DNA of 64,000 bases. It comes from Acidobacteriota bacterium. GTDB taxonomy: Bacteria; Acidobacteriota; UBA4820. The translations under genes were made by a program, and so were the position numbers. The stretch spans positions 64,832 through 128,831 of the forward strand of contig JAKQCT010000066.1 in NCBI GenBank assembly GCA_029559035.1. Reading direction: 5' to 3'. The notes under the pieces are model-generated. The model did no database searches, had not been told where the DNA came from, and worked only from the letters and a program-made list of their open reading frames with translations. Shown here one piece after another: positions 55,111 to 64,000 of the stretch (within the stretch, counting starts at the first letter, position 1; each line of letters starts with the position of its first letter).

Positions 55111-55976
55111 ACCTTTTTCCCTCGTGCGGAGTTTTCCGCCATCTGCCTTATTTTTTTCATCAGCAGAACGAAAAGCTCCCTGTATTCGGGGATCGCGTTG
55201 ACCGCGGCCTCGCCTCTCGAATAAGCTTCGGCGACCCTCCTGTCGTCCGGCAGTTCCATAATCAGGGGTATGTTCCTTTCGCCGCAGTATTTCCCGACCC
55301 TGTCGTCGCCCGACCCCGCCCTGTTGATGACCACGCCGAAAGGTATGGACAGCTCCAAGACGGTATCTACTGCCAGCTTCAGGTCGTGAAGGCCGAAGGG
55401 CGTCGGCTCAGTTACCAGTACTACGCAATCCGCTCCCTTCATCGTCGTTACGACCGGGCATGACGTCCCGGGGGGAGCGTCAAGTATGTTTGTGGCGGCT
55501 TCGTCGATCTTTGTCTTGACCGCCCTGACCAGAGGCGGAGATGTCGGGATCCCGACATCGAGGCGCCCGGTTACAATGGAAAGCCCGTTCGAGGAAAAAT
55601 GGTCCATTATTCCTATCCGCTTCTGTATCTCGCTGATGGCTTTTCGGGGGCAGACGAGCAGGCAGCCTCCGCACCCGTGGCACATTTCGGCGAATATCAT
55701 CGGAACGGAACCGTAGCAGGCTATGACGTTGTAACGGCAGAAACGGGCGCATTCCCCGCAGCCGTCGCAGAGTTTTTCGTCCACTTCGGGGACAGGTATG
55801 GTCACGATCTCCGTTTCTGATGCCGTCCTGTTAAAAAAGAGGTGGGCGTTGGGTTCCTCCACGTCGCAGTCGAGCAGGCGGACGGGCGGCGACGCCGCTA
55901 TGGCAAGGTTCGTCGCGACCGTTGTTTTCCCGGTGCCGCCTTTTCCCGAAGCGATGACTACCTTCAACCCCTTCAT
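55107..55976 (-). CDS. MinD/ParA-superfamily P-loop ATPase with inserted 4Fe-4S ferredoxin domain (paralog of 52665-53537)
   Basis: GKGGTGKTT; CDGCGECARFC…CHGCGGCLLVCP. Confidence 0.8.
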   Translation of the reverse strand: MKGLKVVIASGKGGTGKTTVATNLAIAASPPVRLLDCDVEEPNAHLFFNRTASETEIVTIPVPEVDEKLCDGCGECARFCRYNVIACYGSVPMIFAEMCHGCGGCLLVCPRKAISEIQKRIGIMDHFSSNGLSIVTGRLDVGIPTSPPLVRAVKTKIDEAATNILDAPPGTSCPVVTTMKGADCVVLVTEPTPFGLHDLKLAVDTVLELSIPFGVVINRAGSGDDRVGKYCGERNIPLIMELPDDRRVAEAYSRGEAAVNAIPEYRELFVLLMKKIRQMAENSARGKKV

Positions 55977-56461
55977 TTTTCAAATCCTCTTTTTCCCAGC
56001 CTGCCGGCCGTGTCGTCGTCAACCTCATCCTGCCAGCCGTTCTTTTCGGTGTCTATCTTGTCGAACCTCTCTACGTAGGGCTTGATGTCCAGAAGGGGCG
56101 TTCCGTCCAGGGCGTCAAGCCTATCGACATGGAGGACCATTCCCTCCACGCGGATCAGCCGGACGACGCTCAACCCGATGGGGTTCGGGCGGCAGGGGGC
56201 TCTCGTGGCGAAAACCCCGCGCTCGGCGTCCTGAAGAAAAGGCCTGACAGACAGCCTGGGTTCTCCACATCGGTGAAAGTGATACACGAGGAAAAGGTGG
56301 GAGAATCCCTCCAGATCGCGAAGACCATCCGCGAACTCCGGGAAAACTTCCACCCTCCCCCCGCATCCTTCTGCAAAAACCGGCTGTATCGGAGTCTTAT
56401 CCGGCTCCCTGTGCCTGCTTCGGATGACGCCTATGGGTCTGTAAACGATCCCTTCGGTCAT
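55973..56461 (-). CDS. TsaA/TrmO (YaeB)-family tRNA methyltransferase-like protein
   Basis: …GVFATRAPCRPNPIGLSVVRL…DGTPLLDIKPY…. Confidence 0.8.
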   Translation of the reverse strand: MTEGIVYRPIGVIRSRHREPDKTPIQPVFAEGCGGRVEVFPEFADGLRDLEGFSHLFLVYHFHRCGEPRLSVRPFLQDAERGVFATRAPCRPNPIGLSVVRLIRVEGMVLHVDRLDALDGTPLLDIKPYVERFDKIDTEKNGWQDEVDDDTAGRLGKRGFEK

Positions 56462-56820
56462 GCCCAGTGCCCTTCCACGTCGGCGTCGCAGGCTTCCTTG
56501 AGTTTCCCCTGCCTGTAAAGCGTCAGAGCTTCGGAAACTGTCGCCGCGTCCGTGTTGTATATCTTGACGCCCGCGGCGGAAAGGACCCTGAAAGCCTTGG
56601 GGCCGCAGTGTCCTGTCACGAGGACTGCCGCTCCCTGTTTCACCACAGCCTGGGCCGACTGTATCCCTGCGCCCTGCGGGGCGTTGAGGTTCTGGCTGTT
56701 CTCCAAAACGGTGAATGTGTCACCTTCGAGGTCGTAAACGAGGAAATTTTTCGCCCGCCCGAATCTCATATCAAGGGGGGAATCCAGTCCCGTTCCTTCG
56801 GTAGTGAAGGCTATTTTCAT
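56458..56820 (-). CDS. NifB/NifX-family small Fe-S cofactor-binding-like protein (second copy)
   Basis: MKIAFTTEGTGLDSPLDMRFGRAKNFLVYDLE…. Confidence 0.75.
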   Translation of the reverse strand: MKIAFTTEGTGLDSPLDMRFGRAKNFLVYDLEGDTFTVLENSQNLNAPQGAGIQSAQAVVKQGAAVLVTGHCGPKAFRVLSAAGVKIYNTDAATVSEALTLYRQGKLKEACDADVEGHWA

Positions 56821-57203
56821 CAGGGCGCCTCGTCCTTGCCGGCTCTCGACTCTATTTCGTCCATCCGCTTTTTGACGGCTTCCAGTTCCGACCTGAGAAA
56901 CTCCGCCTTCTCGGCAAGCATCTCTTTCTCGCTTTCCGGGTCGGGAGCGGGAAACCTCGAAGGATAAACCGGCGCGGCTCCATAGCGAGCCCAGCCGGGT
57001 AGTCCGGTCGCGTAGAACATGTTCCTCCGGCCCCTGCCTCCGCATCGCACTGCCATCCCGCGGCCCCTGCCTCTGCCCATTCCCGGTCCGTATCCTGCCG
57101 ATGGATTGGCGTACCCGGGCATTCCATGTCCTGCGCAGTATCCCGCGCCGCGTCCCGTCATCGGTCCCATTCCCATCGGTCCGGTTCTGTCTCCTCCCGG
57201 CAT
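56820..57203 (-). CDS. DUF5320-family protein (Gly/Pro/Met-rich N-terminus, C-terminal coiled coil)
   Basis: MPGGDRTGPMGMGPMTGRGAGYC… is typical of DUF5320. Confidence 0.6.
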   Translation of the reverse strand: MPGGDRTGPMGMGPMTGRGAGYCAGHGMPGYANPSAGYGPGMGRGRGRGMAVRCGGRGRRNMFYATGLPGWARYGAAPVYPSRFPAPDPESEKEMLAEKAEFLRSELEAVKKRMDEIESRAGKDEAP

Positions 57204-57233
57204 TTTGATATCCTCCTTTCAGGATGAAAAGAG

Positions 57234-58001
57234 CTACTCTCTCGTCATCGCGTTTCCGCACTTCGGACATTTTTTCTCTATGCACGGTACTCCCTGCTGA
57301 TGAGGCTCGGCGAACCCGCACTTGGGACAGACGCAGTTCCCTCCGGGTCCTCCGGCGAAGCCTCCGCCCATTCGGCCTCTACCGCCGCCCCTGCCCTGCC
57401 CGCGTCCGCCGCCCTGCCCCTGCCCGCGTCCTCCTCCTCCTCCTTGTCCTCTTCCGCCTCCGCCCTGATTTCGTCCGTTCATGTTTCCGTTCCTTTCTTC
57501 AAGAGTCGTATGAGCTGCAGCGGCTTCTCCGCTTTCCTGAAAACAATTTCCCCTTCTCCATCCCTTCCCGTATCCTCCGCAGCCATGCCCCTGCCCGCGG
57601 ACGGACCTTCGGAGGTCCCGGCTGTCACATTCGGGGCATGATCCCGGCCTCGGTGTTCCGAAGGGGACCTCCCATTCGTTGCTGCATTCGTGACAGAAGA
57701 ATCTTCTCTGGCCCATGACGAGGCTTCCACCGTCGATCTTCAGGACCCTTCCGTTCAGCAGGAAGTCGGCGATCTTTGCGCGTGCAGATTGGATGATGTT
57801 GCCGAAGGTCTGCCTCGATACGTTCATTTCCCGGGCCGCCTGCTCCTGGTACATCCCTTCAAGATCCGCGAGCCTGACGGCTTCCAGTTCGTCGACGGTA
57901 AGTACGGTTTCGTCGAGTTCCGACGAGGGAACGCCGACCGGCTTGAAAGCCACGAAATCGGGGGGGAACCCGACATATCTGCATTTTCTGGGCCTGGGCA
58001 T
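57234..58001 (-). CDS. DUF134 (UPF0251) DNA-binding protein with C-terminal Gly-rich region and two zinc ribbons
   Basis: [12 protein letters not shown]… canonical DUF134 start; sigma-70 region-4-like HTH; CxxC…CxxC pairs. Confidence 0.75.
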   Translation of the reverse strand: MPRPRKCRYVGFPPDFVAFKPVGVPSSELDETVLTVDELEAVRLADLEGMYQEQAAREMNVSRQTFGNIIQSARAKIADFLLNGRVLKIDGGSLVMGQRRFFCHECSNEWEVPFGTPRPGSCPECDSRDLRRSVRGQGHGCGGYGKGWRRGNCFQESGEAAAAHTTLEERNGNMNGRNQGGGGRGQGGGGGRGQGQGGGRGQGRGGGRGRMGGGFAGGPGGNCVCPKCGFAEPHQQGVPCIEKKCPKCGNAMTRE

Positions 58002-58154
58002 TTGTCCTCCGCATATATTGGCATATGCCAATAAAGAATATATGCCTGCTTCCGCGCTTTGTCAAGCCGGGTCCTAAACTCAGGAATAGCCTTAAAGCGA
58101 AACTTGTTCAAAAATCGTTGGTTTTGATGTAAAATCCCTGTTTAGGAGGAAAAG

Positions 58155-58388
58155 ATGGCAGGATCGGATTTCGAATCGAAAGTGAAGGAAGTGATCGAAA
58201 AAATAAGGCCGGCTCTCCAGATGGACGGCGGAGACATAGAGATCGTAGCCATCGAGCCCCCGAACCTGAAGGTCAGGCTGAAGGGCGCCTGTCACTGCTG
58301 CCCTTCGGCCTCCTACACTCTCTACCACGGAGTTTACGCCGAGCTAAAGAGAAGCATTCCCGAATTCGGCGAGCTGATAGCCGTCTGA
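58155..58388 (+). CDS. NifU-like C-terminal-domain Fe-S assembly protein (Nfu-type)
   Basis: …IRPALQMDGGDIEIV…LKGACHCCPS… has the CxxC Nfu motif. Confidence 0.75.
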   Translation: MAGSDFESKVKEVIEKIRPALQMDGGDIEIVAIEPPNLKVRLKGACHCCPSASYTLYHGVYAELKRSIPEFGELIAV

Positions 58389-58389
58389 A

Positions 58390-58950
58390 ATGTCACTTTC
58401 CGCGGAGGTCAAGAGCGGCCTTCTGGCCCTCGCCAGGAAAAGCCTGGAGACCCACCTCAGGGAAGGACGGAGGCTTCTCAAGGGCTCCGATTACAAACCC
58501 GTCTCCGAGGAAAAGAGAGGCGCTTTCGTCACTCTGAAAGATGAGAACGGCGGCCTCAGGGGCTGCATCGGCATGATAACCGGATACAAGGCGCTCGACG
58601 AAACGATAATCGACATGGCGATCGCCGCGGGGACCCAGGACCCGAGGTTCCCGAAGGTCGGACCGGATGAGCTTCCCCGCCTTCGCTTCGAGATCTCGGC
58701 CCTTACCCCGCCGAGGCCCGAGAAGGAGATCGGCAACATTACTATCGGGAAGCACGGTCTGATAATGAGCAGCGGCTTCAGCAAGGGGCTTCTTTTGCCG
58801 CAGGTTGCTATGGAGCACGACATGGACAGGACGACCTTCCTCGAGCACGCCTGTCTGAAGGCGGGCCTGGGCAGGAACGCGTGGAAGGATCCGGGGACGC
58901 TTATTGAAACATTCGAAGCGGAGGTTTTCGGTGAAACCGTTCAGGAATGA
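58390..58950 (+). CDS. AMMECR1-domain protein (AmmeMemoRadiSam system protein A-like)
   Basis: …RGAFVTLKDENGGLRGCIGM… is the AMMECR1 signature. Confidence 0.8.
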   Translation: MSLSAEVKSGLLALARKSLETHLREGRRLLKGSDYKPVSEEKRGAFVTLKDENGGLRGCIGMITGYKALDETIIDMAIAAGTQDPRFPKVGPDELPRLRFEISALTPPRPEKEIGNITIGKHGLIMSSGFSKGLLLPQVAMEHDMDRTTFLEHACLKAGLGRNAWKDPGTLIETFEAEVFGETVQE

Positions 58951-60175
58951 GGCGGAATTCGAGATCGAGCTTTTCTGCTGCGGTATGAGGCTCGATCCGT
59001 CCGCACAGGTCGAGTCTTTGCTTTCTGCCAGGACAAGGGCGGGATTGGGTTCGGGCCTCGACATAATAATAGGGAGGCGCAGGAAGAGGCGCCACATAAA
59101 CGTTCCCGTAAAAGAGAAATTCGTCGGGGACTCGCCGTACCGCCTGCTGAAGATAGGGCACGACTTCGTGATCGCAGACGACAGGGACCCCCACGTCAGG
59201 TTCTTCGCCGAGATCCCCTCGCTGCCTTCCTGGTACCAGAAAAAAACCTCATCGGGAAAACTGATGTCACGCGTCGGGGTCATGCAGGGGACCTACCTCG
59301 GGATCTATGTCGGCGACATCTGCAAGTTCTGGAAAGTGACGCCAAAAACAGCCTGCAAGTTCTGCACTACCGGCGTCAACGTGGGGATCAACGAGGACAC
59401 GGAGAAAAAGATCGATGACGTCGTTGAGACGGCCCTCGAGGCGAAGGCGGAATCCGGGATCACTTTCGTCCATCTCAACTCGGGCGAACAGGAAGGGGGA
59501 GGCCTGGAAACCGCGGCCCCCTATGTGAAAGCCATCAAGGAAAGGGTCGGCGCCCTCGTCGGCGTCCAGGTGACCCCCACGAAGGACCTCTGGAAATACG
59601 ACTGGCTGATCGACCTCGGGGTCGACCATTTCTCGTTCTGCTACGAATTCCACAACCCCGAATATTTCGCGAAGTATTGCCCGGGGAAAGCCGAGGCGTT
59701 CGGCCAGGAGACCTTCTTCAGGGCCATGGAATACGTTTCGAAAAAAATGGGAAAAGGGAGGAACAGCGGTGAGATAATCGCGGGACTCGAGCCGGTCGAG
59801 GACACGCTGGCCGCCATAGACTACATCACCGGCGCCGGCTGTTTCCCGACCGTATGCATCTTCAGGCCGCTCGTCGGCGCGGAGCTCGAGGACAACCCGT
59901 CCCCCCGCTACGACGACATGGTCGCCGTCATGCGGCGAGTATATGAATCGTGCATGAGGGATTCGATACCGGTGGGGCTCGCGCCGAACATCGAGGTCTC
60001 CCTTATAGTGAACCCGGACGACGCCCTGGAACTGGTGCCCTTTTCATTCCGCAAGATGCGATACGAAACGAACAGGAAGATGATGAAGCTGCTTGCCTAC
60101 CCGCTGTTCGTGTCAAAGATGAGGAAAAGGAAGGTCTCGGCGGACGCCTACGATCCGTCGAAGTACAAGCGCTGA
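58904..60175 (+). CDS. Radical-SAM-like (BioB/ThiH-type TIM-barrel) protein with non-canonical Cys motif; start uncertain
   Basis: Cx10Cx2C (CKFWKVTPKTACKFC) instead of CxxxCxxC. BioB/ThiH-like …EIIAGLEPVEDTL…GCFPTVCIFRPLVGAELE… block. Confidence 0.45.
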   Translation: MKHSKRRFSVKPFRNEAEFEIELFCCGMRLDPSAQVESLLSARTRAGLGSGLDIIIGRRRKRRHINVPVKEKFVGDSPYRLLKIGHDFVIADDRDPHVRFFAEIPSLPSWYQKKTSSGKLMSRVGVMQGTYLGIYVGDICKFWKVTPKTACKFCTTGVNVGINEDTEKKIDDVVETALEAKAESGITFVHLNSGEQEGGGLETAAPYVKAIKERVGALVGVQVTPTKDLWKYDWLIDLGVDHFSFCYEFHNPEYFAKYCPGKAEAFGQETFFRAMEYVSKKMGKGRNSGEIIAGLEPVEDTLAAIDYITGAGCFPTVCIFRPLVGAELEDNPSPRYDDMVAVMRRVYESCMRDSIPVGLAPNIEVSLIVNPDDALELVPFSFRKMRYETNRKMMKLLAYPLFVSKMRKRKVSADAYDPSKYKR

Positions 60176-60180
60176 GCCTC

Positions 60181-61290
60181 ATGAAAAAAACTCTCCTGCT
60201 TTTATTGTTCATGATGGCGGGGTGCCGGCCGTCCCCGGTCAACGTCGCCGTCATGCTCCCCGGGAACGGCTCCATGGACCATCTTTTCAGGGGCGTGGAA
60301 CTCGCGGCCGCGAAAATGAACGCGGAGGGAGGCATCTACGGGCACATCGTCTCGGTGGAAAGGATCGCCGGGGGAGAGACCATCCCCGGGGGGACATCAG
60401 CGGTCATCCTCGCTACAGGCCGCCGGGAGGCCCTCGATTCCGCGGCCTCGGCCTCGGAGCGGCTCCGCGTGCCGGTGATCCTCGTCAACCCTCTCCGGGT
60501 CAACGAAAAATACCGCCCGGGAATTGTCTGCCTCTCGCGAAGCGCTCTCGAGGAAGCGTCCTTCCTCGGGGATTTCTGCGCTTTTTCGCTCCACGCGTCG
60601 AAAGTCATGGTCCTGCAGGAAGACCCGGCCCTCGCCGCCGCCTTCGAAAAAGGTTTCTGCAGGGAAGGGAAGACAGCCGTGACCATTTCCGCGAAGGAGG
60701 CCGAGACTTTCCCGGCCAGGATCTCCGACGGACTCTGCTCCGATGATCCTCCGCAGGCCGTCTTCTGGGCGTCTTCCAAAGCGCTCCCTCAGGAAGTGTC
60801 GGATATCCTGGCGAAGAAACTGGAAGGAAGGGCCCTGTTCGTCGCCTCGGCCTCCCTGCTCGATCCGGAAGGTTCCTTCCCCGTTCCGACTCTGGCGGCC
60901 CTGCCGTTCTTCGACGGAGGGAAAAAGGCGGCCGGGACGGTCGAGTTCCGCGCGAACTACAAGCAGAGGTACGGCGAAAAGCCTTCCGCGTGGTCGGCCG
61001 TCGGGTGGGAGGCGATGAACCTTATAAAGCAGAGCTTCGAATCGGGCGCGAAAAGCTCGGAGGAGATGGGCGGATTCGTGAAAGACAGGGAAGTGAACTT
61101 CACCCTGCTCGGGAAATTGAACTTCAACGGCGACCGCGAACTCATGATACCGTTCGACATGGCGTCGGTCAGGAAAAAAGGCGTTTTTCCGCTGAAGGAC
61201 CTCGACAGGCAGGTGCTTGTCGACCTCCAGGAGAAGGTGCTCGCCTGCAGGTACGGGAAAAAAGATGGGAAGAATACTGACTCTGAATGA
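60181..61290 (+). CDS. Lipoprotein, periplasmic-binding-protein type-1 (Leu/Ile/Val-binding-like) fold
   Basis: Lipobox LLLLLFMMAGC; alternating beta-alpha pattern of PBP-1 proteins. Confidence 0.6.
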   Translation: MKKTLLLLLFMMAGCRPSPVNVAVMLPGNGSMDHLFRGVELAAAKMNAEGGIYGHIVSVERIAGGETIPGGTSAVILATGRREALDSAASASERLRVPVILVNPLRVNEKYRPGIVCLSRSALEEASFLGDFCAFSLHASKVMVLQEDPALAAAFEKGFCREGKTAVTISAKEAETFPARISDGLCSDDPPQAVFWASSKALPQEVSDILAKKLEGRALFVASASLLDPEGSFPVPTLAALPFFDGGKKAAGTVEFRANYKQRYGEKPSAWSAVGWEAMNLIKQSFESGAKSSEEMGGFVKDREVNFTLLGKLNFNGDRELMIPFDMASVRKKGVFPLKDLDRQVLVDLQEKVLACRYGKKDGKNTDSE

Positions 61291-61735
61291 AGCGGTGAAA
61301 TGGAGGGAGCGTCTAAAGTCCGAAGGGAAGACGCTTGTCTTCACCAACGGCTGCTTCGACATCCTCCACGTGGGTCACACCAGGTACCTTTTCGAGGCGA
61401 GGGCGATGGGCGACGCCCTGATGGTGGGCCTCAACAGCGACGCTTCCACGGCCAGGCTGAAGGGCGAAGGCCGCCCGGTCTACCCCGAGAAGGAGAGGGC
61501 GGAGATCCTCTGTTCGCTGGAAGCGGTAGACGCGGTGGTGATCTTCGGCGAGGACACGCCGTTCTCGCTCATCTCAGCCGTCGTTCCGGATGTCCTGGTC
61601 AAGGGCGGGGACTGGAAGGTCGACGACATTGTAGGGAAGGACATCGTCCTCGCGGCGGGCGGCAGGGTAACGAACATCAGTTACCAGGAGGGCCATTCCA
61701 CTACAGGCATACTGGAGAGAATAGGGAAAGGATAA
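61265..61735 (+). CDS. rfaE: D-glycero-beta-D-manno-heptose-1-phosphate adenylyltransferase (RfaE domain II / HldE C-terminal type)
   Basis: …VFTNGCFDILHVGHTRYL… cytidylyltransferase HxGH motif, …VKGGDW…. Confidence 0.8.
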   Translation: MGRILTLNEAVKWRERLKSEGKTLVFTNGCFDILHVGHTRYLFEARAMGDALMVGLNSDASTARLKGEGRPVYPEKERAEILCSLEAVDAVVIFGEDTPFSLISAVVPDVLVKGGDWKVDDIVGKDIVLAAGGRVTNISYQEGHSTTGILERIGKG

Positions 61736-61737
61736 GC

Positions 61738-64000
61738 GTGGCGGGCGTCTGGCGGGGGCTCATAAACGAACTGACAAAAATCGTGCCCGAAACTCTCTCC
61801 CTGAGAGGGTCGGCGCTTCCCTTCGGCATCGCCGCGGACCTTCTTCGCCATGAAGGCAGCCGGATCTTCATAGCGCCCTCGGAGGAGAGCGCTGCGGGAG
61901 TCCTCGGAACGGTCGAATGCCTGCTCGGGGAAGATTCCCCGCTCCAGACTTTTCCATGCCTCACGGACGATCCCTACGGCCCGCTCGCGCCTCATCCTGC
62001 GGTGGTCGCGGAACGCGCCTCTTCGCTGACGAAGATACTCCACAGTAAACGAATGTCCCTGGTCGTCTCGCCTCAGGCTTTCCTGTGGAAAGTTCCGAAA
62101 CCCGGAACATGGCGCGCTCTCCACGTCCTTCTGGAAGAGGACCGGGAATATTCCCTCAGGGACCTCAAGATGACACTCTGGGCGATGGGTTACAGGAGGG
62201 AGGACCTTGTGGAGGGGCCCGGCGAGTATTCCGTGAGGGGAAGCCTCCTCGACATACTTCCTCCCGAGCTCGACATAGGGCTGAGAGTTGAATTCTTCGG
62301 AGAGACGATCGAGGAGGTCCGTTATTTCGACCCTACCACGCAGAGATCCCTTTCCAGGATGGACGGCAGCTTCCTTGTCGGCCCCCTGTCCGAGGTGACG
62401 AGGAGCGACGAGGCGCTGTCCTGGCTGAAGGCGAAACTCGCGGAAAGCGGGGAGTTCGGCGAGATGAGGCTCGACGGCCTCGCCCGCAGCGGGAACTACC
62501 TGACCCTCCAGGTGGAAGCCAGGGCGGCCGCCGATTTCTGTCCGCTGACCGAATATTTCGCGGACCCGAAAATATACTCGCTCAGCGGAGGAGGCGCGGC
62601 CCTCTTCGAACCACTCAGGAAAAAGCTCGGGGAGGAGTTCCTGTCGAGCGGAAGGCCCGGTTTCCTCTCGCCGGAGAAACTCTTTCCTTCGGAAGAGGAG
62701 ATCGAGAAGAGGATCGAAAGCCTGCCGCAGTCAGCCGTGCCTTTCCCGGTCGAAAGGCCGAGCCTCGTGCCGCTGAGGCCCATCGAAAGCCTGCGGTACC
62801 TCGACGGAAAGGTGAAGGAGGGCTACCGCGTCATCCTCGATTTTTCGAGCGAGGGGAGCCTCGAAAGGTTCAGGGATTTCGCCGCGGGAGAGAATATCGG
62901 CCCCGTTTTCGGCGGGTCGGAACGCGGGGAGTACCCGGCGGGATTGTACTTCGCCAGGGGCGGTTCGGCGGAAAGCCTCATTTTCCCGACGATCAGGTGG
63001 ATCACCGTCTCCGAAAGGGACATCCTGGGCAGGGAAAGGATACAGGCGGCTGCCCCTTCGAAGGGTAGGGAACTCTTTTTCGAGGGGCTGAGGGACCTCA
63101 GGATAGGCGACCACATCGTCCACACCGAACACGGCGTCGGCAGGTATTCCGGGATAGAGACCATAAAGCGGGGCGAGAAGAGCGAGGATTTCCTGCTGAT
63201 CGTTTATTCGGGAGGCGACAGGCTCCTCCTCCCGATGAACCGGATCGACATGATCCAGAAATACAAGGGGCCGGAAGGGTTCGTCCCCGAGACCGACAAG
63301 CTCGGGACCCAGTCCTTCAGGAAAAAGAAGGAACGGGCGAGGAAGTCGGTCAAGGAGATAGCCGGAGAGCTGATAAAGATCTACGCGAAGAGAAGGTCCG
63401 TCGAGGGCGTTCCCGCGCTCGCTGACAGCCCTCTCCAGCGGGAGTTCGAGAACCTCTTTCCCTACGACCTGACCGCCGACCAGGCGAAGGCCCTGCTTGA
63501 AGTCAAGGCGGACATGGAATCGGCGACCCCCATGGACAGGATCGTCTGCGGCGACGTGGGTTTCGGCAAGACCGAGGTGGCGATGCGCGCCGCCTTCAAG
63601 GCGGTCTCCTCGGGAAGACAGGTCGCCCTGCTCTGCCCGACGACGGTCCTCGCTCTCCAGCATTACGAGAACTTCGTCGAGCGCTTCTCCCTTTTCCCCT
63701 CGCGGGTGGAGATGCTCTCGAGGTTCGTCCCCCTCAAGCAGAGGAGGGAGATCGTCAGGGACCTCGGGGCGGGGCTTGTGGACGTCATAGTCGGGACGCA
63801 CAGGCTTCTCTCGAAGGATGTGGAGATACCGAAACTGGGGCTCCTCATCGTTGACGAGGAACAGAGGTTCGGCGTCATGCACAAGGAGCGGATCAAGCAG
63901 TTCAAGGCCGACATCGACGTTCTCACCCTCACGGCGACGCCCATCCCCAGGACCCTCCAGATGGGTCTTTCCAGGATACTCGACATGTCCCTGATCGAGA
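61738..64000 (+). CDS. mfd: Transcription-repair coupling factor Mfd (5' portion; continues beyond the window)
   Basis: Open frame from GTG 61738 to the window end. RNAP-interacting and helicase motifs …GDVGFGKTEVAMRAAF…, …LVDEEQRFGV…. Confidence 0.85.
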   Translation, partial: MAGVWRGLINELTKIVPETLSLRGSALPFGIAADLLRHEGSRIFIAPSEESAAGVLGTVECLLGEDSPLQTFPCLTDDPYGPLAPHPAVVAERASSLTKILHSKRMSLVVSPQAFLWKVPKPGTWRALHVLLEEDREYSLRDLKMTLWAMGYRREDLVEGPGEYSVRGSLLDILPPELDIGLRVEFFGETIEEVRYFDPTTQRSLSRMDGSFLVGPLSEVTRSDEALSWLKAKLAESGEFGEMRLDGLARSGNYLTLQVEARAAADFCPLTEYFADPKIYSLSGGGAALFEPLRKKLGEEFLSSGRPGFLSPEKLFPSEEEIEKRIESLPQSAVPFPVERPSLVPLRPIESLRYLDGKVKEGYRVILDFSSEGSLERFRDFAAGENIGPVFGGSERGEYPAGLYFARGGSAESLIFPTIRWITVSERDILGRERIQAAAPSKGRELFFEGLRDLRIGDHIVHTEHGVGRYSGIETIKRGEKSEDFLLIVYSGGDRLLLPMNRIDMIQKYKGPEGFVPETDKLGTQSFRKKKERARKSVKEIAGELIKIYAKRRSVEGVPALADSPLQREFENLFPYDLTADQAKALLEVKADMESATPMDRIVCGDVGFGKTEVAMRAAFKAVSSGRQVALLCPTTVLALQHYENFVERFSLFPSRVEMLSRFVPLKQRREIVRDLGAGLVDVIVGTHRLLSKDVEIPKLGLLIVDEEQRFGVMHKERIKQFKADIDVLTLTATPIPRTLQMGLSRILDMSLIE

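Noticed and set aside
1-64000. rRNA or tRNA genes and IS/transposase or integrase genes
   Set aside because: Nothing with rRNA-like conservation, tRNA cloverleaf potential or DDE/tyrosine-recombinase motifs was seen in any intergenic region or ORF translation. This was a by-eye scan only and was not searched computationally.

Overview
This is a high-GC (~60-65% by eye) bacterial chromosomal segment. The gene content looks like an anaerobic, Fe-S-rich lineage (NifX-like, MinD-type Fe-S ATPases, radical SAM, DUF134, Thi4, AMMECR1), but that is inference only. Core genes in the window: HicAB, an ankyrin-repeat protein, rtcB, a DksA/TraR-PP2C phosphatase, a PAS sensor, a dtxR-feoA-feoB-feoC iron operon with a DtxR-box operator, a CusB/CusA-type heavy-metal RND pump, OsmC, a CGGC protein, a CBS/CGL transsulfuration pair, a phosphodiesterase, Thi4, a NifX-like/MinD-FeS/radical-SAM/DUF134/DUF5320 cluster, NifU-like, AMMECR1, rfaE-like and the 5' part of mfd. 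A central accessory zone (~14.8-39.5 kb) is punctuated by at least four families of modular, hairpin-rich repeats. It carries three paralogous hicBA toxin-antitoxin pairs, a nucleotidyltransferase-fold two-gene module, a 1486-aa ELWxxDGT-repeat/Ig-like surface protein and a membrane-anchored trypsin-like protease. It also contains a strongly AT-shifted island (24.56-38.3 kb). The island encodes a compact DarT-like (DUF4433) ADP-ribosyltransferase followed by a 231-aa partner that is not a macrodomain. It has a striking non-coding array of 18 exactly 21-bp-phased repeats (8 TGCTAC units converging on 10 GGTAGCA units) next to a gene with a Lys/Ala-rich histone-like tail. It also has a Type III-like R-M operon whose PD-(D/E)xK nuclease appears split into a separate small ORF and which is co-operonic with a TPR membrane protein, plus RhuM and a wHTH-GHKL-ATPase-STAS protein preceded by ATTGTCAAC direct repeats. 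No rRNA, tRNA or CRISPR array was recognised. All calls are from reading the sequence and the ORF translations; no database search was run.
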